The position numbers were made by a program, and so were the translations under genes. Positions 1 to 13,077 of a stretch of 64,000 nt of DNA are shown piece after piece. The notes beneath the pieces were generated by a model, which worked only from the letters and a program-made list of their open reading frames with translations, was not told the origin of the DNA and made no database searches. Source of the stretch: Eledone cirrhosa (lineage: Eukaryota); NCBI GenBank assembly GCA_964016885.1, contig OZ024743.1, positions 77,190,001 through 77,254,000 on the forward strand, given 5' to 3'. Position 1 is the first letter of the stretch; the number at the start of each line of letters is the position of its first letter.

Positions 1-3000
1 TGGTCAGGGTCTCCACAGTAACATACAGTACTGTCTAGTCAGGGTCCCCACAGTAACATGCTGGACTGTCTTTCATTTCCCATTGATGGAAATGATTGGC
101 TGTCCTGGCATGTGTGGATCTGATTAAGGGACACCTGTTGCTTTCTGGAAAGGTCAAAGATGGCTGGTTTAGATGTGGCAGTTCAGGACAAGATTTTGGT
201 TAGCAGTAATATGTTAAAATAATAATAATGTTGAAGAAATCCATACTAATAATGAGATATAATCTATAAATTGATAAAAAACAGCCCTGACTACTCTTCT
301 TTTTATTTGATTTAGTTAGCTTATGTTGTCTTGTGTAAGACTAATTTCTAGCTTTTGGTTGATTTTAGTTTCCAACATTACAAACATTCAGAATAGATAA
401 GATGTTGATATACTGATTCCTATCTGTTTTGACCTCCTTGTATCATTGATGCCAGTCAGTATTAACGGAAATGGTTTCTTACAAGAGACCTGTTCAAATT
501 CTAACTAATGACTCAGAAAGAAAGCTAACTTTCTATTCAGCAGTGTTTGGTCTTACAGATGGATGAAAGCTTCTGCATGTCATTGGTAACTTATCTAAGC
601 TGGTTGAAGCTTTACCTGTCCATGATGACCAATTTCAAGTTGGACAGTGTTCCCTTGGTCAGGTGATTAGCCTGGTCCATTGGCAAGTATCAAGGTGGAA
701 TTTGAACATAACAGGCAAAGAGCCAGAAAAGATAGCACAAGTCATCTCATTCATTGCTCTCACAATTCTGTTGGCTTCAGCAAGATATATAATTATATTG
801 TAAGATACAAGACTGAATACTGGAAGGTATTCTATCAACTCATAAGCCTGTATTTTGCATAAGCCTGTATTTTGTTCTCGTATTTCATTGGAGATCTATC
901 CTCAACCAAACAAAGAATGAATACTAGAAACTCTCATGAGGATATGAATTACCAACTGGGTTCCCTGTGGGAATTGAAATATCATTTAGCAGCAACCCAT
1001 AAATATTGATCTTCCCAGTTACACCCGTCTTTAATACCTTGATAAAGTCTATCATAAAGAATCAGACTCATTAGATATTTCTTTCTACTTTACACTAATG
1101 TCCTTTAATTATGCTTCGACTGTAATTCTTCCAGCTTCTATTAATAGTAGTTTCTTCTTCTCCAGAGCACATATCTAATACTGTTGTGACTTAGATGGTG
1201 CTAGATACTCTTAACTAGACTCACTCTTCCAGCCTTCCATCTGGATATTAACAGAAAAAAACTTCTAGTTAGAAATTCCACTTAATTGTTACTATCCATA
1301 AAGTCTAGAGGGGCTCAAAAGAACTATTAGCTCTGACCTGTTCTTTAATTAACTAGTGAACTATTGTCAAAATATTATTCTTCCAAGAAATCTGCTGTCT
1401 TGTTGGTTTGGCCCATAAAGTCTATCCAGTGATTCTTTCCAGAAACATTGTAACTACATGCCCATAATATTGGAGCTGTGATCTCTCCGTTTGGAAAAGT
1501 AGCGGCTCTACCTGGAGCAACTCTCTGATTTTTATCAATTCCTTTATAAAATGAAATAAATAGATAAAAATGCTTTCCTACTTAAAAGAAATTGATTTCT
1601 CACTTTTAAAAATTGATTGAAAGAAAATTTCCAGAATAACAGCAAAGTAAAGTTTAGTATGTTTGATCAATGCTTGTTATGTTAACAGTACATTTCAACA
1701 TTGTTAAAGATATATTAAACATCGTTAAAGATATGTTCAGCTGTGTTCAATATATCTAGATTACTGCTGAGATTGCATTTGTCTTTCATTCATTAAGAGT
1801 TGCTTTATATTTCATCCTTTCAAAGACTAAAACAATACCAGTAATATAATCAGCTACACCTCTTTCATTTTCTAGTTTTTAAATATCTAAATACTTCAAC
1901 TATTGTACCATTTAGATTTTGAATCAATGTTACCAGAATTTAGGTCAGCCTATCTGTATTGGCATGCTAGTGAATTATACTCTCCTAACTAATGTCATAC
2001 TAATTAATAACTGTAAATTCATACTAAACATTGGTGGGCTATTAAGTGATAATTTCCTTACTAATGCCATACTAATAACTATATTTGTACTAATCACTAT
2101 TGTCTGTAAAGATTGCACAGCTAACACAATAATACATAAGATAAATATTTTTAATGTTTTGTGAACCACTTTTAATTAAAAAGGCTTAGATTTTGTTTTT
2201 AAAAATATATAAACCAGTTGAATATTATTATAATACAGAAACAGTTGTTTGTAACTATTGAATTATAATAAATAATATTTAAAAAGAAAATTAAATTTAA
2301 TGTTAAAATTGTTTTTAAATTTAAAATAATCAAAATAAAAGTGTGATAAGGTAAATGTCTGCATGCAAGCATGTTCACATGTACTTAGAGTAACATAAGT
2401 CACATCGATATATGTGTATATATAATTAATACACTAATTAGTTAATTTTGTTGTTTTTGTATGGTATTATACTTCTGTTGTTTTTTTGATAAAAATATTG
2501 TGAAATTATTGCTTACAATTAATTAATATTTTTGTTAATTTATTTTTCAATGCAATTAATCAAAACATTTCAAAAGATTCATTTATAATTGATATAATTT
2601 GGTCATAAACTATATTCAGTTATATTTATTTAACCAAGAAATATAAAAACTTAACATCTGTTAATTCATACCTGATTTAACTAATTAGCAAATTATTGTT
2701 TTCTGCTATAATGCAGATTTTAATAGTTAATAATGCAGCTACTTCCCTTTTTATAGAAGGCTTTTATGGATAAAAAAGAACTACACTACAAAAACTACTT
2801 TATTTCCATATTTGTTGATGAAACAATTCAGATATTTTCTTAAACTTCACTTGAACATCCTCTCCACATTCATTCATTTATACAGACAAATACACACACA
2901 CATCATGTCATTAAAATCATTACATTTTTCTTATTTGAATATGAATTGGTGCCTTCAAATAAATGTTCTAAGAGAACATTTTAAAACTAATATTTTTCAT

Positions 3001-3357
3001 TGTTAATCTCATCTAAATACTTTTGAGTCATTGTTGGTTGATGCAAAGAAAATTGAAGGTTACCAGTAAGACTGGCTTTCCAGAAGACTGCTATTAATTA
3101 TCTACCTTATTATTCTGCTGAATAACAAGTTCAACTGTTTATATCATGGAACAAGTACATTGTTTCTTCTTATCACTGGTTCAATATATCAGAATGGTTC
3201 AATTTTGCCTTTAGACTTATAGTAGTTTACTTAATAGATAACTGCTGCATTAACCTAATTTAATTTGTGTAAACTACTGACAGACTACAATAAATCTGTG
3301 TGTACTTTAAAGTTTGACCAATAGTTAGTTTATCTTTTAGCATTGGTGCTTCTCAAC

Positions 3358-3385
3358 ATGGCGAACATCTTCAAAACTTCTATTG
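3358..3385 (+). CDS. AP1G1: Probable upstream coding exon of AP-1 gamma adaptin (exon 3341-3385), encoding MANIFKTSI+G, phase 1
   Basis: Acceptor tatcttttag ends at 3340, aacATGG is a strong start context, and donor TTG|gtaagt is at 3386. The leftover G joins the GT at 6913 to give Gly in frame with MPTPKRLR. Confidence 0.62.
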
Positions 3386-6300
3386 GTAAGTGGTTTTAAA
3401 TAATTTAAATTATATATATTTATATATATATATATCTTGTCTTTACACGTACACACACACATGCACATATATATATGTATATAATATATATACATATATA
3501 TATATAGTTATTCAGAAATATTTTGCTTGAATTAATTGTTTTTTACCCTCTAGTTTGGATAATTCTCAGTAGTTTTTGTGGCTGATTTGATAAGTAGTGG
3601 GTGTTAATTTCACTTGATCAAGTAATTTATGTATCTCTTAGTGTTTATTGTTGGTATTTTATGTATCTCTCAGTAGCATTTATTGTTGGTATTTTGTGTA
3701 TCTCTTAGTAGCATTTATTGTTGGCGTGTTTGTATTTGTTAGATCTTGACAAGAAAATAACCTGCAGATAAAACTATTATATTTGAATTTACATTGGGAT
3801 TTCCTTTTTTTTAAATTTAGTCAATGATATTGATGATGGCATTAATACAAAGCTGTTTAGTGGCTTCAGACTATCAAAGCTCTTAATAAGATAAATGATT
3901 TATTAGTAGGTGTTTTGTATTTTTTCTCTTTATTTTCTGATCTCATGAATATATTCTTACTGTGAACTGACTAAGCTAAATTCATTTTTGTTTTATAACA
4001 TTATTAAAATAAAATTTCGAATTTCTACATTTCTAAATTTCAAGTAATAAATATAAGGCTTTGAATATTCGTGTATGGAGATATTTTTATATAGAAATAT
4101 ATTTTTTATTAATGTTTCCCCGATTTTAAGAATAGTTATATCGTATTCCTGCATGTCATAAGAGGCAGGTAAAGGGTTGGCATGAAGAAGGGCACCTAGC
4201 TGTAAAATATTGTCTCAAAACATCCCATCCAACCCATGCTAACATGGAAAAGTGAATGTAAAAAATGATGAAACAAAACATTTATCTTCATTAATATAGT
4301 AAACCAATTTCATTTTTTTTTCACCTGGTAATTAATTTTGACAAACAACTTAGTTTCTCTTCAGGTGAAGTATTGTCATATTTTGCTGCAGTGTTACCAT
4401 AAAGCTTTTGTCATCTCACAATCTTTTTGATTTTCATTCAAACAAAATTTGGAACTTTTTAATTCTTTCAATAAGTGCAGTTATTGAAGGAAGAAAAAGA
4501 CATTTCGTTTTGTCTCTCAGTTGAGTCTAATATGTAATCAGAGAAAACAGTTATTCTTAAAATTACAAATAATTGTCTGAAATAAATGGAAAGACTTTCT
4601 TAAGAAACCATAACATATAATAGTTTCTGATTTAGGCACAAGGCCTACAATTTTGGGGAAGGAAAAGTTGATTAAATCGAGCCCAGTGCATTACTGGTAC
4701 TTTATTTTATTGACCCCTGTAAGGATGAAAGGCAAAGCTAACCTTGGTGGGATTTGAACTCAGAATGTAAAGGGATATAACTATAAGTTGCAAGCATGGT
4801 GTCCAATGTTCTACTGATTCTGCCAATCTAACCATATAATGGCTGATGAATTGCTTTAATAAATCTTACAGGCTTTTTGTTTTAGCTGCTGAGTTTAATT
4901 TATATAATATCTCTGAAAACCAGAACAAAATAAAATCTATACAAATCTACAGACCTCAACAATTATAACCTTATCTTGGGCTAAATATATGTTAAAACAG
5001 CTGAACTAAGACCTCAATATCCAGCATTGATGTTTTTCAAATCCTTGGTCACTCTCAGTATTGGTTCTACATCTATCTAGATGTCATTACTGAGTTTGTC
5101 AAGAATACAGTCCATGTTTTGGTCACTCCCAGGATTGGTTCTACATCTATCTAGATGTCATCACTGAGTTTGTCAAGAATACAGTTCATGTTTTGATGCT
5201 CTTTCCTGAAGTCACATATGTTTTCACTATTTATCTGACATCATATATCTTTATTTCTTGGCTCTCTTATTACATTTTTATATCCTTTACTCTTCAGTAA
5301 TTTGAAGGGTTTTTTTTTCTGTCAGTGAAAACTGTCTTTTCTTTTTTCATTTTCTTGTATGATAAATGTTTTCCCTTTTTCATTCCAGTCTTAATCTTCC
5401 TTTGTCTGTTGGAAAATATCTTATTCAAATTATTGTATTTAAATGAAATTTATGAGTTCAAAATAAGTTGACTTTTGTTACTTTTCATTAACAAAGAATT
5501 AATAGTTGGTTTATTATTATTTTTTTTATTTTATCTTAACGGCCTCTTATCATAAACACTTTTTCCATATTGCTTATAATATAAAATGGTGATTAAAACT
5601 GATTCTTTTAGAAAGAAATAGAGATGAGATGAATTTCTTTTTTCTTTGGTTGTATGGGTTGGATGGTTCTGCAGTACAAATCTTTTTTTTCCATTTTGAT
5701 TTTGTATCCTGTGAGGTTTATTTTCAGGTTTGACCTCACCACTTTTTCCCTATATCATACTTGATATATCTCTCTATCACTACTACCCTCCACTTTTAAC
5801 TCGCAACACTTTCATCCTGTGTGTATCATTTCACATCACATACTACACCAGTGGAGCACTTTTGCACCGATTCTGTCTTAACTCATATGCACTCATAAAT
5901 ATTGCGTAGCCATCACTCATTTCTCATATTTCACTACCATATAGCATCAACTTTCTTATACTTACCATATATAGTCAAATACAGAGAAAGAAGTCCTTAG
6001 TCAACTGTGGTAATAGTTCTCTAAACATCTTAAACTATGTTTCTAACCGAGCTACTATACTTTCATTAATTGCATTATCTATGAGCAGAATTTTAGTCTG
6101 ACCATTGAGCCACTCCAGTAGCCCACAGCGTTTATTTCATGACTGTTGGTTATTTTGGTCTGTTTCATTGTTCTAAAATTGTGTTATCCTGTCAGTTTAC
6201 CAGAGGTCTCTATAATTTGTGAAACCATAAGCTGCGGCCAGACCCTCCTCATAATGGGACCACCCAGTTCTACACTGTAAATGTGGTTGGTGTTAAGAAG

Positions 6301-6912
6301 GGCATCCTGCTGTAAAAGAGAGAGGCCAAAATGCAGTTCCATTTGAGAAGGTAGAGCGTGGCCAGCTGACCAGACTTGCCTCATAATGTGGACGACCTGT
6401 CTAACCCATGCAAGCATGGACAAATAAGACGGTAAACAGTGATGATGATACCTACTTGCATTGTGTCCTACATATTATACAGGCTCTCTTTATATAAGAT
6501 GCTCTTTCTTAATTTCTTTCTCTTAACTAATTCAATATTTGATTTATGTCATCTATTTAATAAATTATTCAATAAAATTTTCACCTCTTATATCAAATTA
6601 ATCCTGGGTTACCTTAAATTAGTAGAGTTCTACTAATTATAGGTAATACCCGAATATAATTACTTTGATTCAAAGTGTATCCTGAATATTATTTGATTTG
6701 TATTTTATCTTTATTGGTAATATAAAATTCAATATTTTTTTCTCTTGAATTTAAATTTTCAAACAATTAAAATGTTTTTATGTTGCATTGTTTCTAACGT
6801 GTTTGTTGCCTCCCTCCTCAAATGTTGGCTTAAAAATGAAACATATGTTTAACTCTCTAATGTTTTAATGTTATTAGAAACAAATCTTTTAAGTAAGAAT
6901 TCTATTTGACAG

Positions 6913-7115
6913 GTATGCCAACCCCGAAGAGATTACGGGACCTGATAAGGGAGATCCGATCAGCCCGTACTGCTGCTGATGAACGGGCTGTAGTGAACAA
7001 AGAATGTGCCCAAATTAGGGACTCGTTTAGAGATGAAGATAACACGTATCGTTGCAGAAATGTGGCTAAATTATTATATATACACATGCTTGGCTACCCA
7101 GCTCATTTTGGTCAG
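6913..7115 (+). CDS. AP1G1: AP-1 complex subunit gamma-1, exon [16 protein letters not shown]...[10 protein letters not shown] (conserved ATG at 6915)
   Basis: Recognisable gamma-adaptin N-terminus. Acceptor tttgacag, donor CAG|gtaagt. 201 nt from the ATG, phase 0. Confidence 0.97.
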
Positions 7116-7197
7116 GTAAGTAAACTTGCTAAAGTAGGAATTTAATTCTGTATTCTACTTGAAAGAGAATTGTTTCTCTATGACTGACTATCAAATC

Positions 7198-7413
7198 TTA
7201 ACCCTTTAGCATTTAAACCAGCCGTATCCGACCAGAATTTTCTCACCTCTTTCTGTTCAAACCAACTGTAACTGGTCGATTATACTGATGTTAAGGTATG
7301 GTTCTCAAAATAAATCTCATAGATTTCATATTATGTGAGATATATGCGAGATAAAGCCTTTACCAAAAAAATACAATAGTAAATATAGAGTAATGTAAAT
7401 GCTAAAGGGTTAA
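7198..7413. mobile_element. piggyBac-type MITE family A; copies at 12143-12353, 28448-28661 and 41749-42888
   Basis: Terminal inverted repeats (TIRs) TTAA|CCCTTTAGCATTTA...TAAATGCTAAAGGG|TTAA, with TTAA target sites. Confidence 0.85.
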
Positions 7414-8395
7414 ATGATAGAAAAACACAAAAATATATTTGGTTTATTCTTACTGCTTTTGATGTATTTTGTAAAAGCACCTCAAGATATCATGAGCACC
7501 ATTACAACACAATAAAATGTGTTGGTGTACTTTCTTAAAATAACACTGAAAGCTTCACTAATATTTTTTACTATAATAGTCAAATAATGGGGCATATAAA
7601 CCCACTGAACAGAAAAAGATTGGTATAAGTATCCCATGTCTGCTGATAGCCATGTTTTTCAGTTCACTGGGTTTATATGCCCCATTGTTAGACTATATTG
7701 CAGTAAAAGATATTACAGTGAAGCTTCTATTTCAATTCTAAACTTCACTCGCCAAGTTCCCAAAATATTTCCTTTATTAACACTGAAAGCAGTTTATTAT
7801 GTGGTTTGGCAGTATCGGTAGAGCCTCAGACACCATGCTTTGCAGCATAGTTATGGCCCTTTGCATTCTGAGTTCAAATCCACTGAGGTTAACTTTACCT
7901 TTCATCCTTACGGGGTCAATAAAATAAAGTACCAGTAATGCACTGGGATAATTGCTGGCCTTGTGCCAAAAGTAGAAACAATTATGTACTTTCTTTTTAC
8001 ATAACATTTTTAATGACCTTCAAAACTATTGGGAAGTAGAAAATGATTGCGGCAGACTGTACTTCACTAAAAGCACTCAAGAGACAAGTGTTGGCGTTAA
8101 ACTAGGCAACAGGTTAAATCTACAGCCTAAGAATGAGAACAGTCTCTCCACACAGTTTCCATCTACCAAATTTCACTCACAAGGCTTTGGTGAACCTGAA
8201 GCCATGGCAGATGACATTTGCTGAAGGTGCTGTGCAGCAAGATTGAACCCCAAATTATGTAGTTTTGAAACTTCATAGACACAGAGCTATGTCTATATAT
8301 AATGACTGTATGCTATGTTTCTCATCAATTTATGCTGTTGTATGAATTGAAGCAACTTGAAGAGTTTAATAAGATTTTAATTACCAACATAAAAT

Positions 8396-8696
8396 ATAAA
8401 AGGTATAATCCCCTTTTTCTGTAATAGGGGTTCATTCTTATATAAAAGGCATCATCCCATTTCTCTGTAATAGGCGTTTGTTCTTATATAAGAAGTATAA
8501 TTCCCTTTCTCTGTAATAGGAGTTTGTTCTTATATAAAATATAAAAGGTATTATCTCCTTTCTCTGTAATAGGGGTTTGTTCTTATATAAAAGATATAAT
8601 CTCCTTTCTCTGTAATAGGGGTTTGTTTTTATATAAAATATAAAAGGTATAATCTCCTTTCTCTGTAATAGGGGTTTGTTCTTATATAGAATATAA
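8396..8696. repeat. Minisatellite, unit about 42-50 bp
   Basis: Repeated tctctgtaataggggtttgttcttatataaaa. Confidence 0.9.
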
Positions 8697-8770
8697 AAAA
8701 ACCACACATGCAAAAAATAAAATAAATATCAACACATTTTTATTTCAAAACAAAATAATGACATTTTTGA

Positions 8771-8908
<138 letters not shown>

Positions 8909-8982
8909 TAAGTTATATTTGCTCTAGCAAAACTATTTTAGTCATTGCTCTCAGATGCACCTCGTGTACGTCAAAAGATGCT

Positions 8983-11807
8983 ATAATAATAATAATAATA
9001 ATGAAATTATTGTGTAAAGTGCTCAGGTGCACTACAACTCATGTATAGTACATAGAATAATACACAAATGTCAGGGAAGTGAAAAGTGTATGAGTCATGA
9101 TATACATGTGTGTATGTGTATGGAGGGGGAACATTAGGTGTAATGTTGGCGAATCTCGGGAAGCATGGAGGCCTTAAAGGATGCAGTGTCTCGACAGCTA
9201 ACAACCGATGCAGGTAGTTTGTTCCATGCTTCAACAACTCTGAGCATGAAAAAATGTTTCCGAAAGTCATGGGAACTGTACTGTTTTCTGACTTTGTGGG
9301 CACGTCCACGTGTGTTAGACACATGGAAATCAAAAAGGTACTCAGGGTTGTTGTTGGCAAGATGGTTAACAATTTTGTGGGTGTTTACCAAGTCAGTTGC
9401 CAGGCATCGGAGCTTTAATGTATCCATACCCAGGGAAGCATGGCGCTCAGAGTATGGTAGATGCCTGATGGAGGGTATTCGCTTGGTTGCACGTCTCTGA
9501 ACAGTTTCCAGGCGGTCAATGTTCTGAGCAAGATAGGGGTTCCAGACTGGTGATGCAAATTCTAAGTGTGGCTGCACCATAGCCATGTGCAGCCTTAAAT
9601 AGATAGCTGGAGAGCGGCTGGCAAAGGTCTTGCTGAGTGATGCTAAGACACCCTCGGCCCTCTTGACAATTTTAGAGACGTGCTTCGTCTAACGCAAATC
9701 GCTGCTGACCGTAATGCCCAGGTCACGTTCACAAGAAGACTTCTTGATATTAGTGCTGTGGAGGGAGTATGTGGACGCTGGGTTTTTACTCCCAAGATGC
9801 ATGGTGGTGCACTTGTCCACAGCTAGCTTGAGTTGCCAGTTTGAGATCCATTGTTGCATTGTGTCCAGGTCAGACTGCAAGCAAGATCTATAGTGTTCAG
9901 GATCTGTCCTTTTTATCTCAAGGTACAGCTTGATGTCATCTGCGTACTTTAGTACTGTGACATTCTTTAAGTTGGCATCTATGTCATTAATATATGCCAC
10001 AAACAAAAGGGAGCCAAGAACAGATCCCTGTGGTACACCAGATGACATCTCATATGGTGAGGAATGCTGTCCCAGAACCGTGACTACCTCTCTTCGACTG
10101 AGAATGAAGAACTTCAACCAGTTAAAAAGATCATCCTTCACACCCATTGCAGAGAGTTTTGCCATAAGCCTTTTGTGTGGCACAGAATTGAAAGCTTTCG
10201 CAAAGTCAAGGTAAACAACATCCACCCATGAGCCGCCATCAGTGATCCGGGTGATGTTTTCAAGAAACTTGATAAGTTGATCACAGTAGCTGGAGTTGGG
10301 GATAAATCCAAATTGCGAGGGCCGGATAAGACTGTGAGAGTTCCAGAAGTTCCAAAGTGTTTCTCTGACACAGGATTCCATCAGTTTGGCAATGCAACTA
10401 GTAAGACTGACTGGACGATAGTTCACAGGTGATGTGTGGTCAACCTTTTTGAACAGAGGAATGACACTGGCAGTTTTCCACTGTTCTGGAGTAGCACTGT
10501 TGTTCAGACAGAATTGGAAGAAGCATGATAACTGGTGCAGAAGTAAGTACCCACCACGTTTAAGAAGCAGGTACGTAACACCATCAAGCCCAGGAGAGGC
10601 ATGGTTGCGTTTATCTTTTAGGTGACATCGCAGCATTGCAGGTGTAAATTCCATGGTTGTAATAGAATCCGGTGTCATAGGTGGTGGAGACGGTACACTC
10701 TGGTCTTCAATAGTGAAAATGCCTGCATAGCATTCAGCAATGAGCTCTGCGCATTCCTTGGGGTCGTCAGTAACCTGGCTTGTGTGGTGATTGTGAAGAG
10801 GACCAACTGGAGAGTGAGGCCTCTGCTTTGAGTGAACATACTTCCAGAACACCTTACTGTCAGGGCTGGTTGCTATGCGCTGCTCAAATTGAAGCACTGC
10901 CTTTTTTGTCACCTGTTTGAGGTGGTTGAACGATCTATTTCGCCTCTTCCTATTAATGTCTGATTTGTGCAGTTTGTACTCACGTTCAGCATTGCGACGT
11001 TCTTTTCTGGCAAGACGGACTACTGCAGTCTCCCAAATTGCACTTTTGGGATGTTTTTTCCGCTTACATGGCACCGATGCTGCACATGCTGTCCATATTG
11101 AGTTCAGGATGTTTTGGAGTACAGTGTTGACATCTCCAGAGTCATAGAACTCAAGCCAGTTTGGCCGTTGCAACTCGGTGCAGTAACAGTTCCAGTCTGC
11201 TTTATTCCAGTCAAAGTGAGCAGTTTGGAGATGGTTGTGGTTCTTGTTACTGCCCATGAGGGATAGATTGGCAATGATCATAGCATGATCAGAGTCACCT
11301 AAAGGTTCCTCAGCAGTAACACTAATGACCATTTCAGGAGTAGTGGTGAAGAGTTGGTCAAAAGTGTTGTCACCTCTTGTTGGGGAGGTGACTACTTGGG
11401 ACCAATTCGAGTCCAGCACTAGCTCAAGGAAGTCATTTGCACTTGGCGGCCAACGAAAGGTTTCCCAGTCAATCTCAGGGTGATTGAAGTCTCCTGCAAT
11501 GAAAACATAAGTGGCTGTTTTCCTGGCAGCAGCACTGAGGATATCACAAAGTTGAGTGTCCTGATGGTAATTTGGGGGACGGTAAACGACTCCAAGTAGC
11601 AGTGTTGACATGGTCATACGTATATCGCAGAAAAAAACGTCCTGCTGTGATTGGTTCAAATTAACACAAGGAATTGCTGACAAATTTGACTGAACGTAGA
11701 CCATTACACCACCACCACCACCACGATTAATGCGGTCTTTACGAAATAGGTTGTAGCCAGTTATGCTGAAAACCCCATCACAGAGTAAGGGATGTGCCCA
11801 AGTTTCC
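8983..11807 (-). mobile_element. 5'-truncated CR1/L2-group LINE; ORF2 (APE endonuclease plus RT) split by one stop codon
   Basis: ORF 11809-9689 has ETW, YRPP, GDFN, SDH, NYRPVSLTS, YLDFAKAF, GVPQGSVLG and YADD, and continues in frame into ORF 9586-9134. (ATT)n 3' tail at 8983-9002. Confidence 0.93.
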
Positions 11808-12678
11808 ATGCTGTCGGGATTGGGTTTAGATCAGCAAAGTATTCTCTCCAACCTCTCGTGAGGGTACACATCTCTTCAGAGAGGAGAACCCCAGATGTAT
11901 TTCTGATAAGAGGTGTGTAGGAGGACTTATTACGAAGTCAGCAGATGGTCTGCCCAAACACAGGAAGACTCTGCTCTCACAACCCTCCCAGGAATAAATG
12001 TGAAGAAACTATTTATATTTCCTTGGAATGTAGTTTTATCTTCAGAAGCTGTTTTAGCAGTTTACACTTATATGTATTCATTTATGTATATTTGTTTTAG
12101 TTTTAAACCTTTTAATTTTTTATGTATTTTTACCCAAACAATTTAACCCTTTAGCATTTAAACCGGCCTTATCCAGCCAGAATTCTCTCACTTCTTTCTA
12201 TTCAAACCAGCCATAACCAGCCGCTCATATCAACATTAAAATATTGTTCTCAATTAAATAATAATGTCATCAAAATCTTGTAGATTTGATATTATGTGAG
12301 ATAAAGCCTTTACTGTTAAAATACAATAGTATAGAGTAATAGAAATGGGTTAAATTATAGCTGAAAATAATAACATTGTTAGATATGGTTGTCAGATCTT
12401 ACTGGGTGTTTTATGGAATAAAGGAAACTGTCTAAAGTAATGACTTTTCCCTTTGTTTCATTCAACATTTGCAGTTTTATTTAATCGCAAGACATGTCAA
12501 CCAACACTAACAATTCTGTACTTTATTTTGTCCATTCAGAGCAGGTCTCTGGTTTTGAGGATACCTTCCTCACTCCTACCAGTCTTGAGAGGTTTTGAAA
12601 AGGGTCATAGAATACTACCTTTCCCTTTCTCATGAAACAACTAAAAAAAAACTCTATTGTGGAGAAATATGTTTACTG

Positions 12679-13077
12679 TTAACCCTTTCATGACCACATT
12701 TCTAATGAAATACACTATATTTTAATTAATTAATGAAGAATTTTGAGGAATTTATTAAAATTGTTAATTATTTATTTACTAAGATAGTAACTTAATATAA
12801 AGTCTTTATATAAGATTATACTGGAAAAAACCTTTAAAATGGGTGGTTCTATTTCATATTTGGAAGATTTTAAATTAAATTGGAAACTTTCAAAATGGGT
12901 GGCTTTATTTCATATTTGGAAGATTTAAAAATAAATTGGAAACCTTTAAAATGGGTGGTTCTATTTCATAGAACCAGGGCCAGTTTTGGCTGGGTTGGTA
13001 ACTGAAGGGTTAAAATAGGTGGTTTTATTTTATAGAACCAGAGCTGGTTTTGGCCAAGCTGGTAACTAAAGGGTTAA
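12679..13077. mobile_element. piggyBac-type MITE family B; copies at 13390-13729 (inverted), 28960-29408 (with a SINE insert), 44647-44882 and a diverged one at 41587-41746
   Basis: TTAA|CCCTTT...AAAGGG|TTAA ends and a shared internal atgggtggttttatttcatagaaccagagc. Confidence 0.85.

Noticed and set aside
1-1330. Possible decayed LINE or a separate gene at the window start
   Set aside because: No motif or splice-bounded ORF that I can recognise; left unannotated.
9165-11147. Plus-strand ORFs within the LINEs (also 18756-20076)
   Set aside because: They are antisense shadows of RT ORFs.
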